Of a DNA stretch of 64,000 nt, positions 12,815 to 25,300 are shown in pieces. The position numbers and the translations under genes are program-made. Location of the stretch: the NCBI RefSeq assembly GCF_037042905.1, contig NC_087246.1, positions 7,814,001-7,878,000 on the forward strand, given 5' to 3'. The notes under the pieces were generated by a model, which was not told the DNA's origin, did no database searches, and saw nothing but the letters and a program-made list of their open reading frames with translations. The stretch is from Lytechinus pictus (taxonomy: Eukaryota). Positions within the stretch are counted from its first letter, which is position 1; the number at the start of each line of letters is the position of its first letter.

Positions 12815-13038
12815 AATAAAAGTTTCAAATAAACTTTATAATGAATTTAAGCCTAAACTTTTGCCTACCATAAAGCCCAGTCTACACAAATATGAAAAAT
12901 ATTTCAAGCTGATATCAATGTGGTTTAATAAAAGTTTCAAATAAACTTTATAATGAATTTAAGCCTAAACTTTTGCCTACCATAAAGCCCAGTCTACACA
13001 AATATGAAAAATATTTCAAGCTGATATCAATGTGGTTT
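12815..13038. repeat. Tandem duplication, 2 x 112 bp
   Basis: 12815-12926 is repeated at 12927-13038 with no differences seen by eye. Confidence 0.9.
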
Positions 13039-14375
13039 CTTGAATGTAAAACTAGAGGCAATGGAGTGTATAAACTTTACACCTATTGATGGGCGTACTA
13101 AATTCCAGACCCCAGTTCTACTCTTATCAAATTATCATCCAGGTTGGTGCAAACTGCAAAGTCTGAGGTAGACCAGAGTCAACACATGACACTACCCTAA
13201 AAATCAATAAAACCTTGTTTCTTCAGTGTGAACCATCCACGCATGCTTGTCCACGTCGCAAAGGGGAATTACCTTATGATGATCATGTATGTGTGAACAA
13301 TGGAATACTGTAGGCTAATTCACACTGTAAAACATAATACTCTTTTTTCCCCCAGTATTACATTTATTGCAATTTTTAGTACTAGTTTATTTGGTTGATG
13401 TCCTTTGATTTTCATTTGGTGGTTACTGCAGGGGAAGCTAGCTTGTTTTTTTTCTATATACTGTACCTGGTTAAAAACAATAATGGACCCATTCATACTC
13501 ATGAAACCTTGATATACCTACATGGACATGCAGTTATGCATACAAGTATCTGTAGAGTGCACTGTGGCCAATGGGCATGGTGAATACGGAAGGTACACAT
13601 ATAGAGAATACGGTTTTATGAAAATGGGCCCCATTAATGTCATATTGTCATATGTGTAAAATTAGTAGATATTCAATAGTGTCTTTGCATGTTTTACAAA
13701 AGTATACTCCCTAAAATGATGCCAAATCAGAGGCAAATATTCATGCAAAAGCCTGTCCATCAAGACTAATTGCATTGGACCATAGTAGAGGGAGAATCCT
13801 TTACACCCGAGCTGTCCCTCAAATGTGGTTGAGTGAAGTTTGATTAAATATGACTCTATGACTCAACATAGCATTCAGCAACGTACTCATCAATTGGTCT
13901 GCATTTTGGCTGCTGTGAAGCGCAAATACTCCAATGCCATATACCGCCACAATTGAAGGATCCCCATCTTAAGCCTCCTGCATGCTTGTAAACCATCCCT
14001 CTATTTGCACATGTACACAATTTATGAACTGCTAGTACTACAGGTATGTCAACAGCAAATTTATGATAATTACACAAGCACAAATATAAGGGGCTGATAC
14101 GGTATATCAAATTTGAAACCATTAATAATTTAAGTATAGAACAATAGAAAATTGAACAATTTAAGAATAGTGTTAATTCATATTTAATTAGCTTGATGTA
14201 AAACCTTGTACTTTTAATTAAATAATGGTTTATTGCATGGCAGTCATGGGCCACATTTCATCATTAATTATGATGGCAACATCAGGCCAAAAAAACAAGA
14301 TTTCTTTTTAATCCACATGAACCCTATGAGAAATTGTTAAAACATTGATGCTCTTTTTTATTACATTACTAGTAT

Positions 14376-14768
14376 TACTCAAAATTAATGAAATTTAAAG
14401 ATTGAATTTTACATTTTTCCTTCCAGTGATGACTTATCAGCCCCCCCCCCCCCATTTCTGTTCCCTGGATGTACTCCAAAATTAATGAAATTTAAAGATT
14501 GAATTTTACATTTTTCCTTCCAGTGATGACTTATCAGCCCCCCCCCCCCCCCATTTCTGTTCCCTGGATGTACTCCAAAACTAATGAAATTTAAAGATTG
14601 AATTTTACTTTTTTTTTCCAGTGATGACTTATCAGCCCCCCCCCCATTTCTGTTCCCTGGATGTACTCCAAAACTAATGAAATTTAAAGATTGAATTTTA
14701 CTTTTTCCTTCCAGTGATGACTTATCAGCCCCCCCCCCCCCCCATTTCTGTTCCCTGGATGTACTCCA
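14376..14768. repeat. Minisatellite, about 4 copies of a 92-97 bp unit with a variable poly-C tract
   Basis: Unit TACTCCAAAA..GATTGAATTTTAC..CCAGTGATGACTTATCAG(C)nATTTCTGTTCCCTGGATG. Confidence 0.92.
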
Positions 14769-16377
14769 TAGGTGTACAACTACTGGAGTTTTAAATAATT
14801 TCAATTGCTATTGAATTGACAATACATATAATATTTACATGTATTTTATAAGCCAACTCTTAAAAATGAATTATAATCATAATGACTTTTAAGAAATGTT
14901 CCATTACAAATCAAACCAAGTTTTCATAATTGAGAGGGGGAAAATACCAGCTAGTTGATCCAGTATTTATACAAAAGATAGAGTGAAAGTGTAACATCAA
15001 TTAGCTCCCTCACTTTTGCATACAGCCCATAATATGCGTACATGTATTGCCGATTGAAAATATACAAACAAAAAAGGGTAATGCAGGCTACAAATGTCTG
15101 GACAGACATGTGACCCATGTAAAAAACAACACAATTCATCTTAATCTTTGATAACAACAACATGTACTCTATAAATTGGAATGTTTGAACAGAGCAAAGG
15201 TCTACATACTGTACATACATGTACAAGCTATATCTTGTCATTATCAAACTACATTCGGTAAAGGAGCATTTCATAAAAGGACTTTTTGACATTTTGAGCA
15301 TAACATCTTGTGTTATCCTCCACTTATCAGTTACAGTCAAACCCCTGGTTTCTTAGAAAATCAAACTCAAGAAAAGTTATCAATTCTGGCTACCTGTCAG
15401 ATGAAAATTTTTGATACAAACACTCTCAAAGTCAGTTGTCAAATCACTGTGGTTAACAATAAAAATAAAAATTCCTACTCTTACATGTAACGGTAGTTAT
15501 TGGAAGTATTAAAAAAAAACAGAATCTGGCCATGGAGATTCATTTCTCAATGAATCTAGCGTTCCCATTTGATCACCCGAAAGTGGTTTCCAAAATCACT
15601 TCACGTAAAGCGATCTTGTTGCTATGGGAATGCTGTCAGTAGGGTGACAATTTTCACGCAAAATTCAAAACTGCAGCGTAGGCATTCTACCCAGTGTGTG
15701 GAGCAGCGTGCTCAAAATTGAAGATTGCTTCCCGAAGAACCGTTGTGTCCTCACTAATGCTAAAACCAGTTTAACGAGGCAAAGCCATCTTAAAAATTAC
15801 ATCGCGAGGTGGTTTTATGAACCAGTTTGGAAGATCGCTTCCAAGATCACTTTGACTGTTCTCATTACACATTATTAAACTAGTTTCCACCAAACTATTT
15901 TTAGAAAGGTAGTGAGAACGGTGTCCTACAAACTTCATACATCCTGTTAGAATAGTCCATGTGTGCCTGTTAGGACATACCCCAAGTATGAACCTGACTA
16001 CCACTGAATCCAATTAACATGAAGTATTGGCTGATAACAAAGTTTGAATCTAAACCACATGCTGGGATTAGTAGTGCTTATCAATCTGTGCTTTTAATGA
16101 GCATCAAGCAACTGCACAATTCTTCATACACGTATTGGAGGCCTCCATGTAGAAACATTGTAGCCTCTCTAGACTGTGCATATGCATACTCTATCAATAC
16201 TGCAATCTAACTACTGATAGAGAATTATGTCATCTAGTGATAACTCATTTCTTACAGAAATTACAATTGGAGAATCTCAAACAGCAAAGTAACAAGTCTT
16301 CGCCACTATTCCTGCAGCTTTTAATGGGAAATAAAGCAACCTCTTACCTTAAAGGTGCACTTGAGTTTGACAATTAA

Positions 16378-16827
16378 AGGAGAATGAAACCTTTAGAACA
16401 AGATAGTTTGTGTGAAAACAGAAAAATCAAAGAAACAGATCAACGAAAGTTAGAGAAAAATCAGACAAATAATGAGAAAGTTATGAGCATTTGAATATTG
16501 CGATCACTAATGCTATGGAGATCCTCATATTGGCAACGCGACAAAGATGTGTGATGTCACTTGTGAACAACTCTCCCCATTAGTTTAGTATATATTTCAC
16601 TTAAACTGCCTCTTTTATCACATCTATCAGTAGATCGTGTGTTCTTTCTATAGGAGGGCATGTAATACAGATTTTTAAAGAATACATCATGGATAAAGAG
16701 TTTGTATCATCCTAAGAAAGAGCAAAAATAGACATTTTGGGGATATTTTATAGTCCATCAAAGGGAAAGTTGTTCACATGTGACATCACATCGCGCATTC
16801 TACAGTATCTCCTAATTGCTTTCCCCT
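16378..16827. mobile_element. TTAA-flanked element family B (Kolobok-like)
   Basis: TTAA|AGGAGAATGAA...CCCCT|TTAA; an inverted partial copy lies at about 47580-47778. Confidence 0.7.
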
Positions 16828-16831
16828 TTAA

Positions 16832-17424
16832 AGAACAAGTCCACTTCAACAAAAAGTTGATTTGAATAAAAAGAGAAAAATCCAACAAACATAACACTGA
16901 AAATTTCATCAAAATCGGATGTAAAATAAGAAATTTATGACATTTTAAACTTTCGCTTAATTTCACAAAATAGGTATATGCACATCCTGGTCCGTATGCA
17001 AATGAGGAGACTGATGACGTCATCCACTCACTATTTCTTTTGTATTTTATTTTGTAAAATATGAAATATTCTATTTTTCGCCCCATTGTCAAGTAAAACA
17101 AAGACTAATTCCTCCCTGAACGTGTGGAATTAGCATTGTTTAATATTATATGGTTCAGTCAAGTTGGTCCTTATTGTCAAATCTGTAAAAAATGAAATAT
17201 TGTATAATTCAAACAATAAAAATAGTGAGTGAGGGACATAATCGACTGTCTCATTTGCATGTCACTGAGTTGTGCATATCACTGTTTTGTGAAAAATAAA
17301 CGAAACTTTAAAATGTCATAACTTTCTTATTTTACATCCAATTTTGATAAAATTTTCAGCGTTATGCTAGTTTGGTTTTTCTCTATTTATTCAAATCTTC
17401 ATTTTTCTGGGATGGACTTGACCT
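16832..17424. mobile_element. TTAA-flanked MITE family A (Kolobok-like)
   Basis: Closely similar to 8882-9478. Shares the TTAA at 16828-16831 with the adjacent family-B element. Confidence 0.85.
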
Positions 17425-17516
17425 TTAAATAGGTGCAATTTTCAAAGTTTTCATCTTCTAAATGGGGAATGAGGGAGTGAAGAAAAAAAAGGCACTAAAA
17501 CAGAAGATCACTCATT

Positions 17517-17820
17517 CGGCGTGTTTCTACAGAGAATTGTTAAAAACAGTTTAACTTTTTCCGGACTGGAATCAAACAACCGTATCGCCATTAAACCAAC
17601 CTGTTTCTACAGAGCGAATAATCCAATTAACTCGCATTCCGCATTGCAAATGAATGGATTTACACGGCAATAACCACCTTCCAGAGGTGGTTATGAGAAA
17701 CCTATTTTGCGCGATGCGGTCAATAAACCACATCACGTCTCGTTCAACAGGGGAAATTTCCAGAATTCTGGATACTATCGCGAGTAATACAGTTTAACGA
17801 ATCTCTGTAGAAACACGCCG
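17517..17820. mobile_element. PIF/Harbinger-like MITE
   Basis: Perfect TIR CGGCGTGTTTCTACAGAGA with 3-bp TSD ATT. Confidence 0.8.
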
Positions 17821-18291
17821 ATTGACTGCTGAAGTTATCATCTATGGCAACTTCAACACAACTGTAAATGGATAATATTTTACACTCTGCCTGCTACAAG
17901 TTTTTATTTTGAACTCTTTAAAAAATATGACTAGAATGCAGGCCCTATACATACATGTACAATCAATTCTAAGTCCACCCCAGAATCATTGTAACCTACG
18001 ATACTCCTGGGGGACAAGCTGTCCTTATCTGACCTTTAGTCAAAACACTGAGGCTAATCATTTGTACGAGAGCCAAAAAAATCAAAGAAAGGGAGATCAT
18101 AGCGAAATGTATCTAAAAAAAATGAAAATTATCTAATATCAATAGATTTGGTTATCATTTGAAAGCTCTTAAAAAGATCTTTCAAATGATACCAAGAACT
18201 CTAATTTTCATCAAGAAATTATAAAGTTATTCCAGTTTAAGTCGCGCATATTCATCCGAATTTGTGGTCATTGTCTTTATAACGTAAAGTC

Positions 18292-18655
18292 AATAATAAT
18301 AATAATATATAATATAATAATAGCCAATTTTTATAAAGCGCTTTTCCCAGAATGGCCCAAAGCGCGTTACAGCATATTATTACCCCGGTCATTGGATTCA
18401 TTTCAATCCCGCACGAAAAGTGCACAATTTCCACTCCCTGGGGAGCATTCCTTGCATTCATCGCAGCCTCATTATGGCGCTGGCAAATTCAAACATACAA
18501 TATCTTTTGCATCCTACCGGGTACCCATTTAGCACCTGGGTCGAGAGTGGCAAAGTGTGGATTAACGCCTTGCCAAAGGACGCTAGACAGCGGTGGGATT
18601 CGAACACACGACCCTCTGTTTACAAGGCGAGAGTCAGAACCACTACACCACAGAA
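18292..18655 (-). mobile_element. tRNA-derived SINE
   Basis: A box TGGTGTAGTGG, B box GTTCGAATC, central CACTC..CCCAGGTG..AATGGGTACC domain shared with the SINE at 63734, (TTA)n tail. Confidence 0.85.
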
Positions 18656-18970
18656 CCGATTTTTGTGACCATTTTGTGACCATATTTCCTCACACGTATA
18701 AATAATTCACCCCCTGCTGATTTCAAAACATTGCATACGCGAGGGTCCGAGCTCGGACCCTCGCGCATGCGATGTTCGGACCCTCACGCATGCGATGTTT
18801 TGAAATCGGCAGGGGGTCAATCATCTATAAGTGTGAGGAACTTCATGTTGGCTCTAAATCACTCGGAATATCAGATCGAGTTCACGGGCTCGATGTTCGG
18901 GTAGGTGGAGCGTAGTGTAGCGGTAGTGAAGTGGAGTGGAGCCTGCCAAACATCGCTCGAGGTACCCATT

Positions 18971-19621
18971 TATGATGGGGTGACCATAATTTGCGCACAT
19001 TTTAAAAATCGTCATGAAGTTGATTTTCAATCAAAAATTTCTCACAGCTCACACAAAATTAATCAAAAATCATGAATAACAAATGGAAAGTAAGATCCCA
19101 AAGTCAGATTCGCTTGACGGAATTGTAAAGTTGGTCACGGGTTTCGTTGGTATCGCGATTTCAAAATTCTATGACGATCGACTAGTGCGCGATCGGCTGA
19201 AAAAGCATCATAAAAAAAGTGTGACTTTAATTTGCGCACGATCGTTTTGCAAGGCTTTAGAAAAGAAATCAAGCAGACAAAGGTAAGATAATTATATCAG
19301 ATGGAGGTTAAAATGCCATAAATTAGGTTGGTATCACATTTTACTTACTTATTTGGAGACCTCAGCTTGCAAACTGGCGATTTCTTGATGCTTGTCGAGG
19401 TCGGATTTTCTCGGAGCGGACGCAAAAGTTAACAAATTTGCCAATGTTTTGCCAATATTTTCAAAAATTGAGACCTAATCTTCAAGAAAATTACTATACT
19501 GGGTAATATTAAGTCGCTCTTTCTGTTGGTGATATCAGTTTTTCAAAATATTAATTAGATATTGAAGTATTCGACCGTGCGCAAAATTAGGTAACGCGCG
19601 AATTAAGGTCACACTACCATA
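18971..19621. mobile_element. Non-autonomous element with TATG(G)..CCATA termini (IS3EU-like); an inverted copy of its left end lies at about 21305-21880
   Basis: Imperfect TIR TATGRTRGKGTGACCWTAATTYGCGC. About 120 bp of the left end recur inverted, ending at 21880. No TSD recognised. Confidence 0.55.
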
Positions 19622-19892
19622 CATGATTTACAGTAGAGGCGCTGGTCAGAAAACTGGGATCATCCCAGTTACAGGGACTGTCTCAGTTTTTAAAGATTTT
19701 TTCACACAAGAAATCTAGGAAAGTTCATTCACCTGTCAAGTGCCGACACCAATCAAGTGTGCTAGTCAATGTAAACATATCAGGTTTCATAACAAGATTA
19801 TTGGAAGACAGTAAGTCATGAAAAATAGACGGTGAACTGGGGGGAATTGAGGTCACTGAATCTATTTTTAGCACTTTCAATTCCCATAATTG

Positions 19893-20946
19893 CAGAGACT
19901 CCAACCCCAAGCACCTGATCTGGAGATTCTCCCGCCTGAATCCCCAAGCAAACTGGAGACTCCAACTTGATTTGCGCGAAGCGCACATCACGAGCGCCAA
20001 GTCCCTTGCAGCAGGGGGGCCCTGGAAGCTCTAGGGTCATAGATGCTCTCCCGTGCTATCTCAGGCTAATTTTCAATATATGATGGCTCTAAGTAAATAA
20101 CAATTCCATTAATCAAATCATACATTTTGGTTTTATAAAACTTCTTTTCATATCATTATTCATGCATGAATATGAAATTGACAGATAGGCATCTACAAAA
20201 CCATAAATTTTTTCGATATCTTTATTCGAATCAACCAGTAAAGACATAATAAATACTACCTCACCTTAAATTGACATTTCCATATCCATCTTGTCTCATC
20301 TGGGGCCTGTTTTTTAAGGACTTACACGTAACTTTGCCAAAATGGCAACTACCATGGTAAAATAGGGCTCATTAGCCAATCATAATCAAGGTTTCCATGG
20401 TAGTTGCCATCATGATAATGGCAAAGTTACAACAGTTGCAAGTCCTTTATGAAACAGGCCACTGATGATGATCTAGATTGCTTAAAGTTGGTTATCAGCA
20501 ATTTTACTGCTTCTCCAATTATTTCACATGGTATTCTTAGAAACCAAAATGATGGAATTTCCTTACTTTTTACATTCTAATGATATATAGTAATCAATTC
20601 ATGTCATGTCATGTTATCAATTATTTGGTATATGCAACGTAGGAGGGCCTATAGGAGGGATGATGCTATCTAGATAGCTCGCGCCCGCTAAATTAACGAG
20701 ATTGCGCACAGCTTTGACGCTCTATTTACCTTGAAATCTGCTTGGATATGAAAATTCAATTGCATTAATTAAAAAACTGTTTGGGCAGGAGAAAGACCAT
20801 TTTAAGGGGAAGAAAATACATCTTAAGCGGGAGAAACAGAGCCTGGGCAGGAGATATTAAATCTCAAGCGGGAGAACGGGAGATTCTGGGAAAATTGGCT
20901 TTCGGCGGGAGATCTCCTGCCGAAAGCAGGAGAGTTGGAGTCTCTG
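19893..20946. mobile_element. Nested hAT-like element
   Basis: 13-bp TIR CAGAGACTCCAAC and GCGGGAGA subterminal repeats. TSD imperfect (ATAATTG offset by 3 nt on the right). Confidence 0.72.
20301..20461. mobile_element. Nested palindromic Harbinger-like MITE
   Basis: GGCCTGTTT..AAGGACTT / AAGTCCTT..AAACAGGCC arms with mirrored GGCAACTACCATGG. Confidence 0.7.
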
Positions 20947-21322
20947 TAAATAATTGATGTCTTTGTCCCTTAAGGGGAAGTGAAAAAAAAACGTCCCAGG
21001 CATAAACAAGGACAGTCTCAATTTATCAAGACATGACTTGTCTTGGTTTATGAGGATATCCTTGTTTTCTAGGACAATCCCAATTTTTGGACCAGCGCCT
21101 CTACTGATTTAGGGCTAGATCTTTTATTGTTTTAGAAGGAAAGTAGAAATCTCGGGCAAAAGTTTCAGGTTTTGTGGCGGTACACGCAGATGAATGGGAA
21201 GGAATTCCTGGCTCTGTGGAGAGTAAGCATACGCAATGAGCATACGTTAGTAAATGATTTTTACTCTCTAACGTTAGGAGCCTCCTGGCTATTCCGACGT
21301 CCATCTGATATTTATGATTTTG

Positions 21323-21767
21323 GGAAAGAGTTCCATATGCACCCCCCACCAAAAATAACAAAAGATTGTTGAGACTTCCGGTTCGTTCACTTCAGATTTT
21401 TCTATCATTTTTTTACTGTTGCTTACCTTAGTTGGGACTCGAACTCACCTCGTTTGATCTGCAGTCAAGACCTTTCCCGCTATGCTAGCAATAAGCGTTG
21501 ATACCGGAAAAGGTGTTTTTACGATTATCAGCCGATAGTTCGACTAGTCTTGACTCGCAGACCCTTTACTGACTAAATAAACCGATGTCTATGGACAATT
21601 ACACGCACAAGATCTCGCTCGAAATTTGACGGAATAAAGCCATATTTTGGTATGTATTTCCAATTCCCCATCATATATGTTCGATATTAGGGCTAGATAT
21701 ATTATTCTGAACCTTCTTCATGTTTTTATTTTCAATTTTAGTGGGGGGTGCATATGGAACTCTTACC
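21323..21767. mobile_element. Merlin-like MITE (GG..CC termini, 8-bp TSD)
   Basis: TIR GGWAAGAGTTCCATATGCACCCCCCAC with TSD TGATTTTG on both sides. Confidence 0.8.
21428..21495 (-). pseudogene. tRNA-Cys(GCA)-like degenerate sequence
   Basis: Minus strand TAGCATAGCGG..TTGACTGCAGATCAA..GAGTTCGAGTCCC: Cys anticodon arm plus A/B boxes, but acceptor and T stems pair poorly. Confidence 0.55.
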
Positions 21768-22191
21768 TGATTTTGATTAATTTTGTGTGAACTGCAACTG
21801 TGAGAAATTTTTCATTGAAAATCAACTTCATGTCATGATATTTTTTCTAAATGTGCGCAAATTATGGTCACCCCAACATAACTTTAATGCTGTTACAGTA
21901 GTGCAGGTGAAACATCATACAGTAAACAGTGAATCATGTGACTACCGGTACATGAATATATAGTAAATGAACTACTATCATGACTATAGTATAGGTCTAG
22001 TGAAGTCCGTTACTTTATTGTGTAGCATGGCCTGGCATGGTCATGGAACCGGTGGCGGTGCACAATTAACACAAAACACACTCACTCCGACACAAGATTT
22101 GTTACGGAAGTACCCACATACCATTATTTTACTCCACTTTCTAGAACTCATATATTAAAAATTATCAAAATAATCGATAGTTAATACTCAC

Positions 22192-22335
22192 ATCTATATC
22201 GTGGCTAAGTCTAAAAATTCCTTGATCATAAGGAATCGTTGAAATTCATGTTGCAAAATCGTATGGCTAGCAGTACCAAACTCCTCCCAATTCGTACACT
22301 CCATGCAAGATGGCGTGATTATGCGCATGCGTGTG
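22192..22335 (-). promoter_or_regulatory. Probable TAOK promoter and non-coding first exon
   Basis: Minus-strand donor GTGAGT at 22191, YY1-like CAAGATGGCG near 22307-22315, NRF1-like TGCGCATGCG at 22322-22331. Assignment to TAOK is inferred from position and orientation. Confidence 0.5.
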
Positions 22336-25300
22336 CGAGTCTCTCTGTGCATCCAATGTTTTTGTGAAATTTATTTATCCAATTTCTTTCAGTGGCAGCT
22401 GAGAAAAAAGGTCTTAAAAAGAGAAAATCACCTGTTCAATGTGGGATGTGGAAACTTCATATTTCCGTGTTTCCCGGATATGCGAACAAAGAGAGTTGAC
22501 ATATATGTAGTTATATTCATAACTACATAATATATATCACTGGCCGATCCCCTTCAGAGGCACAAATAAAATTTGTAATGTAAAAGTGCTGTTGTATCCC
22601 CCCTCCTTTTGAAAGTGAAGGCCTTTCCTTTTTTTTTTTTTTGGCTTGTCAAAACTTTTTGTGGACGAAATATCCTTATTTTTTGTTGAAAACCTTTTTT
22701 TTTTTTTTTTTTTTTTGCTTTTCAATGTCAAATTTTTCCTCGGGGAAAATGTGCCCCCCTCCTTTGGAAAATCCTGGATCCGCCCCTGATATATACCGTA
22801 TAATCCAGATCAGGGTCGTATAGCTAGGAGTAATTGGATAGGGGCCTGAATCATTTTTAAAAAAGTGTTTTCCAACACAGATTTCAGTTGGACTCGAATA
22901 ATTGTGGACGGGGAGGGATCCCTAAGCAGGGAGGACACCCTGAATCTTTCCATCCACCAAACTCCAAGCTGAAATGAACGACTTTCCTCTTTTTTTATAA
23001 TCTCTCTATATTTATTTTTTTTGTCGAGCGGCGGAATTCGGCGGAATTCAGGGACCCCCCCTGGCTAAGGCCATGAGATGAGAATTTTCTGTCCATGCTC
23101 TACCCATGCCACTAAATGCCAAATAAGTTTTAGGTACCAACTTTCGGATGAAGAGGACCTGGCTACTAAGTTGTGTATAAAATACCTAATTCCCGGGCTA
23201 ATTCCATAAGCAAAGATGATATTTAGATCTGATAGACCGAAGGGTATACAGGACGGGGCGGATCTAGCATTTAAACAACAAGGGGGCCGAAGAGAAAGAA
23301 AAATCGTCCACACTGTTAATCTCCGATCAGCTACTTAATTGAAGTGCGGAAAGTTGGGGGTTTCGTGGTTGAGGCATTCTCGCATTATATAGCTTTTCGT
23401 TTATTAAAAAAACGACAACAACAACTTACATTATGTATTACATAAATAATAAAATAAAAGACTAAAGTTTGAGGTGAGGTTTTGATATATAGGTGATACC
23501 CAGATCAGTGTAGGCCTATCTACCCCCCCCCCCCCCCAAAAAAAAAAAAAAAAAAAAAAAAAGAGTGTTTTAAGCTGCGTTTTACATGAAGGAAAATTAT
23601 AAAGAGGATAATGCAAGCGTGATGCTGACCTGAAAAAAAAATGGCATTCAAAAAGATGTTTGTTGAGACGATAGGAACACATCTAACTTATCAAATAATG
23701 TGAGCTTGATGCTGTAACTGATTTATTATTCAGAACTGTAAAGGGGGGAGTTTAGGCACATTAAAAAAAAATCATAAACTAGTTATGTTGGCCTTTATCT
23801 TATTTTAAACGATAGAATACATAAAAATTAAAAGCAATGCGAGCGGGAAAGAGTGGCCCTGAAAGTTTTTAGATTTTCCAACTTCCGCTCCCATACTTTT
23901 TGCACTTTTTTCCTCGTATTGTTCTTGTTTTTTCCCTTTTCTCCTTTCTCATTTGTTGTTTTTGCTTTTTCTAATTTTCTAATTTTCTGTTTTTCTACTT
24001 TTCCTTTTTCCCTTTTCCCTCGGCTTTTTTTTTGGGGGGAGGGGGCGCCACCAATAGGAAGGCCACAGCCGCTTCGAGTCCGTGATCAATCATTATGATC
24101 ACGCCCCTATCCACTTCTGATACTATACCCCTGATCATATGTCTTGAAGATCTATATAAAGAAAAATATATCATTGGTTAATGTTAAACCATTGAGTGTG
24201 CCTGTATTTAGGCCTCTACCTCTTTGGTTGTTGGCCCATGTTTGGACTTTTTAACCAGTGTATCGTTTAGTTGTGATTTATTTGTCATACGACTGTAATA
24301 GTATTTTTTCATAGAGAGAAAAGGGTATATCATTATAGGCAGGGGCAAATCAAGGGGGGTCGAGGAGCCTTGGTCCTATCGCTTTTCACTGTTTTTTTTT
24401 TTGGGGGGGGGGGCAAATGTGCTTGTATGGTGATTGAACCGTTGATCCCGTTTTTTTTTTGGGGGGGGTGTTCAGTTTGAACTGATTATCTTATAGGCCA
24501 TAATGAACATCGAAGTACAGGAATTGGTTTCATTCTGAAATGTATATAATATGAAAAAGGTTGACCAACATCATTATCTGCAAAGTTAAACTACATTTTT
24601 TGTCTACATGCAATAGCAACGGTTTTCATGATTATGTTCCCTTCCTTTTTAAAGCAAGTTACTATCTGTCGCACTTGCACAGAGCATGGGAAGCTCCTCT
24701 ACAAAGAAAAAGAAAATAGAAAGGGAAAGAAAACAAAATAAAAAATTGTGAAATGTTTTTTCAAGTTTAGAAAATGATGTCGAAAACATATCATCAGATA
24801 TTTATTATAAGGAACTTTTCGCTCTCATTTTGGACACTTACACCTTATGTTCTTTCCCTCAATTTTTGTCTGGGTGGCGGGCTTACTGCCTACGCCACAG
24901 ACTTCTCATACTTTTTCTCCCTCCCTTTTTTTCTCCTCGGGTATCCCCCCACTATTTTTAACCAACTAAAACATCATAAGGGACTGAGCACTGCCCCCGT
25001 CTCGATTTACGCCAGCCGAGATGACGCTGCCCTGAGCCTGGCAGCAAAGTGCGAACTATGCTCCCAGCATTTGCCCTTTGCAAAACAATAGGGGGAAATA
25101 TCATGCAGCACAATTTAAAAAGTGGTCTAGCGCCATCTCTTGTTAAGAGCATTACAGTGATACAAGCTGTTCCAATAAGTCGATGGGATTCTCGCACATG
25201 ACCCTGCATGGAATTTTTTTCCTTGGGGGTGCTGCGGGTATTATTCTCCATAGGCAGCACCCCCTGGAATTATGATAGGTGTTAAAAATGCAGAAATGTA

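Larger units (their letters stand above)
19631..21106. mobile_element. Non-autonomous DNA transposon with 5-bp TSD, hosting nested insertions
   Basis: Perfect 17-bp TIR CAGTAGAGGCGCTGGTC with ATTTA on both flanks. Confidence 0.82.

Noticed and set aside
14409..14804. 131-aa repetitive ORF; array considered as CRISPR or a C/D snoRNA cluster
   Set aside because: Product of a minisatellite with no unique spacers. The GTGATGA box-C-like motif is antisense to the host gene and has no matching D box.
21428..21495. Functional tRNA-Cys gene
   Set aside because: Acceptor and T stems do not pair properly; kept only as a tRNA-derived sequence.
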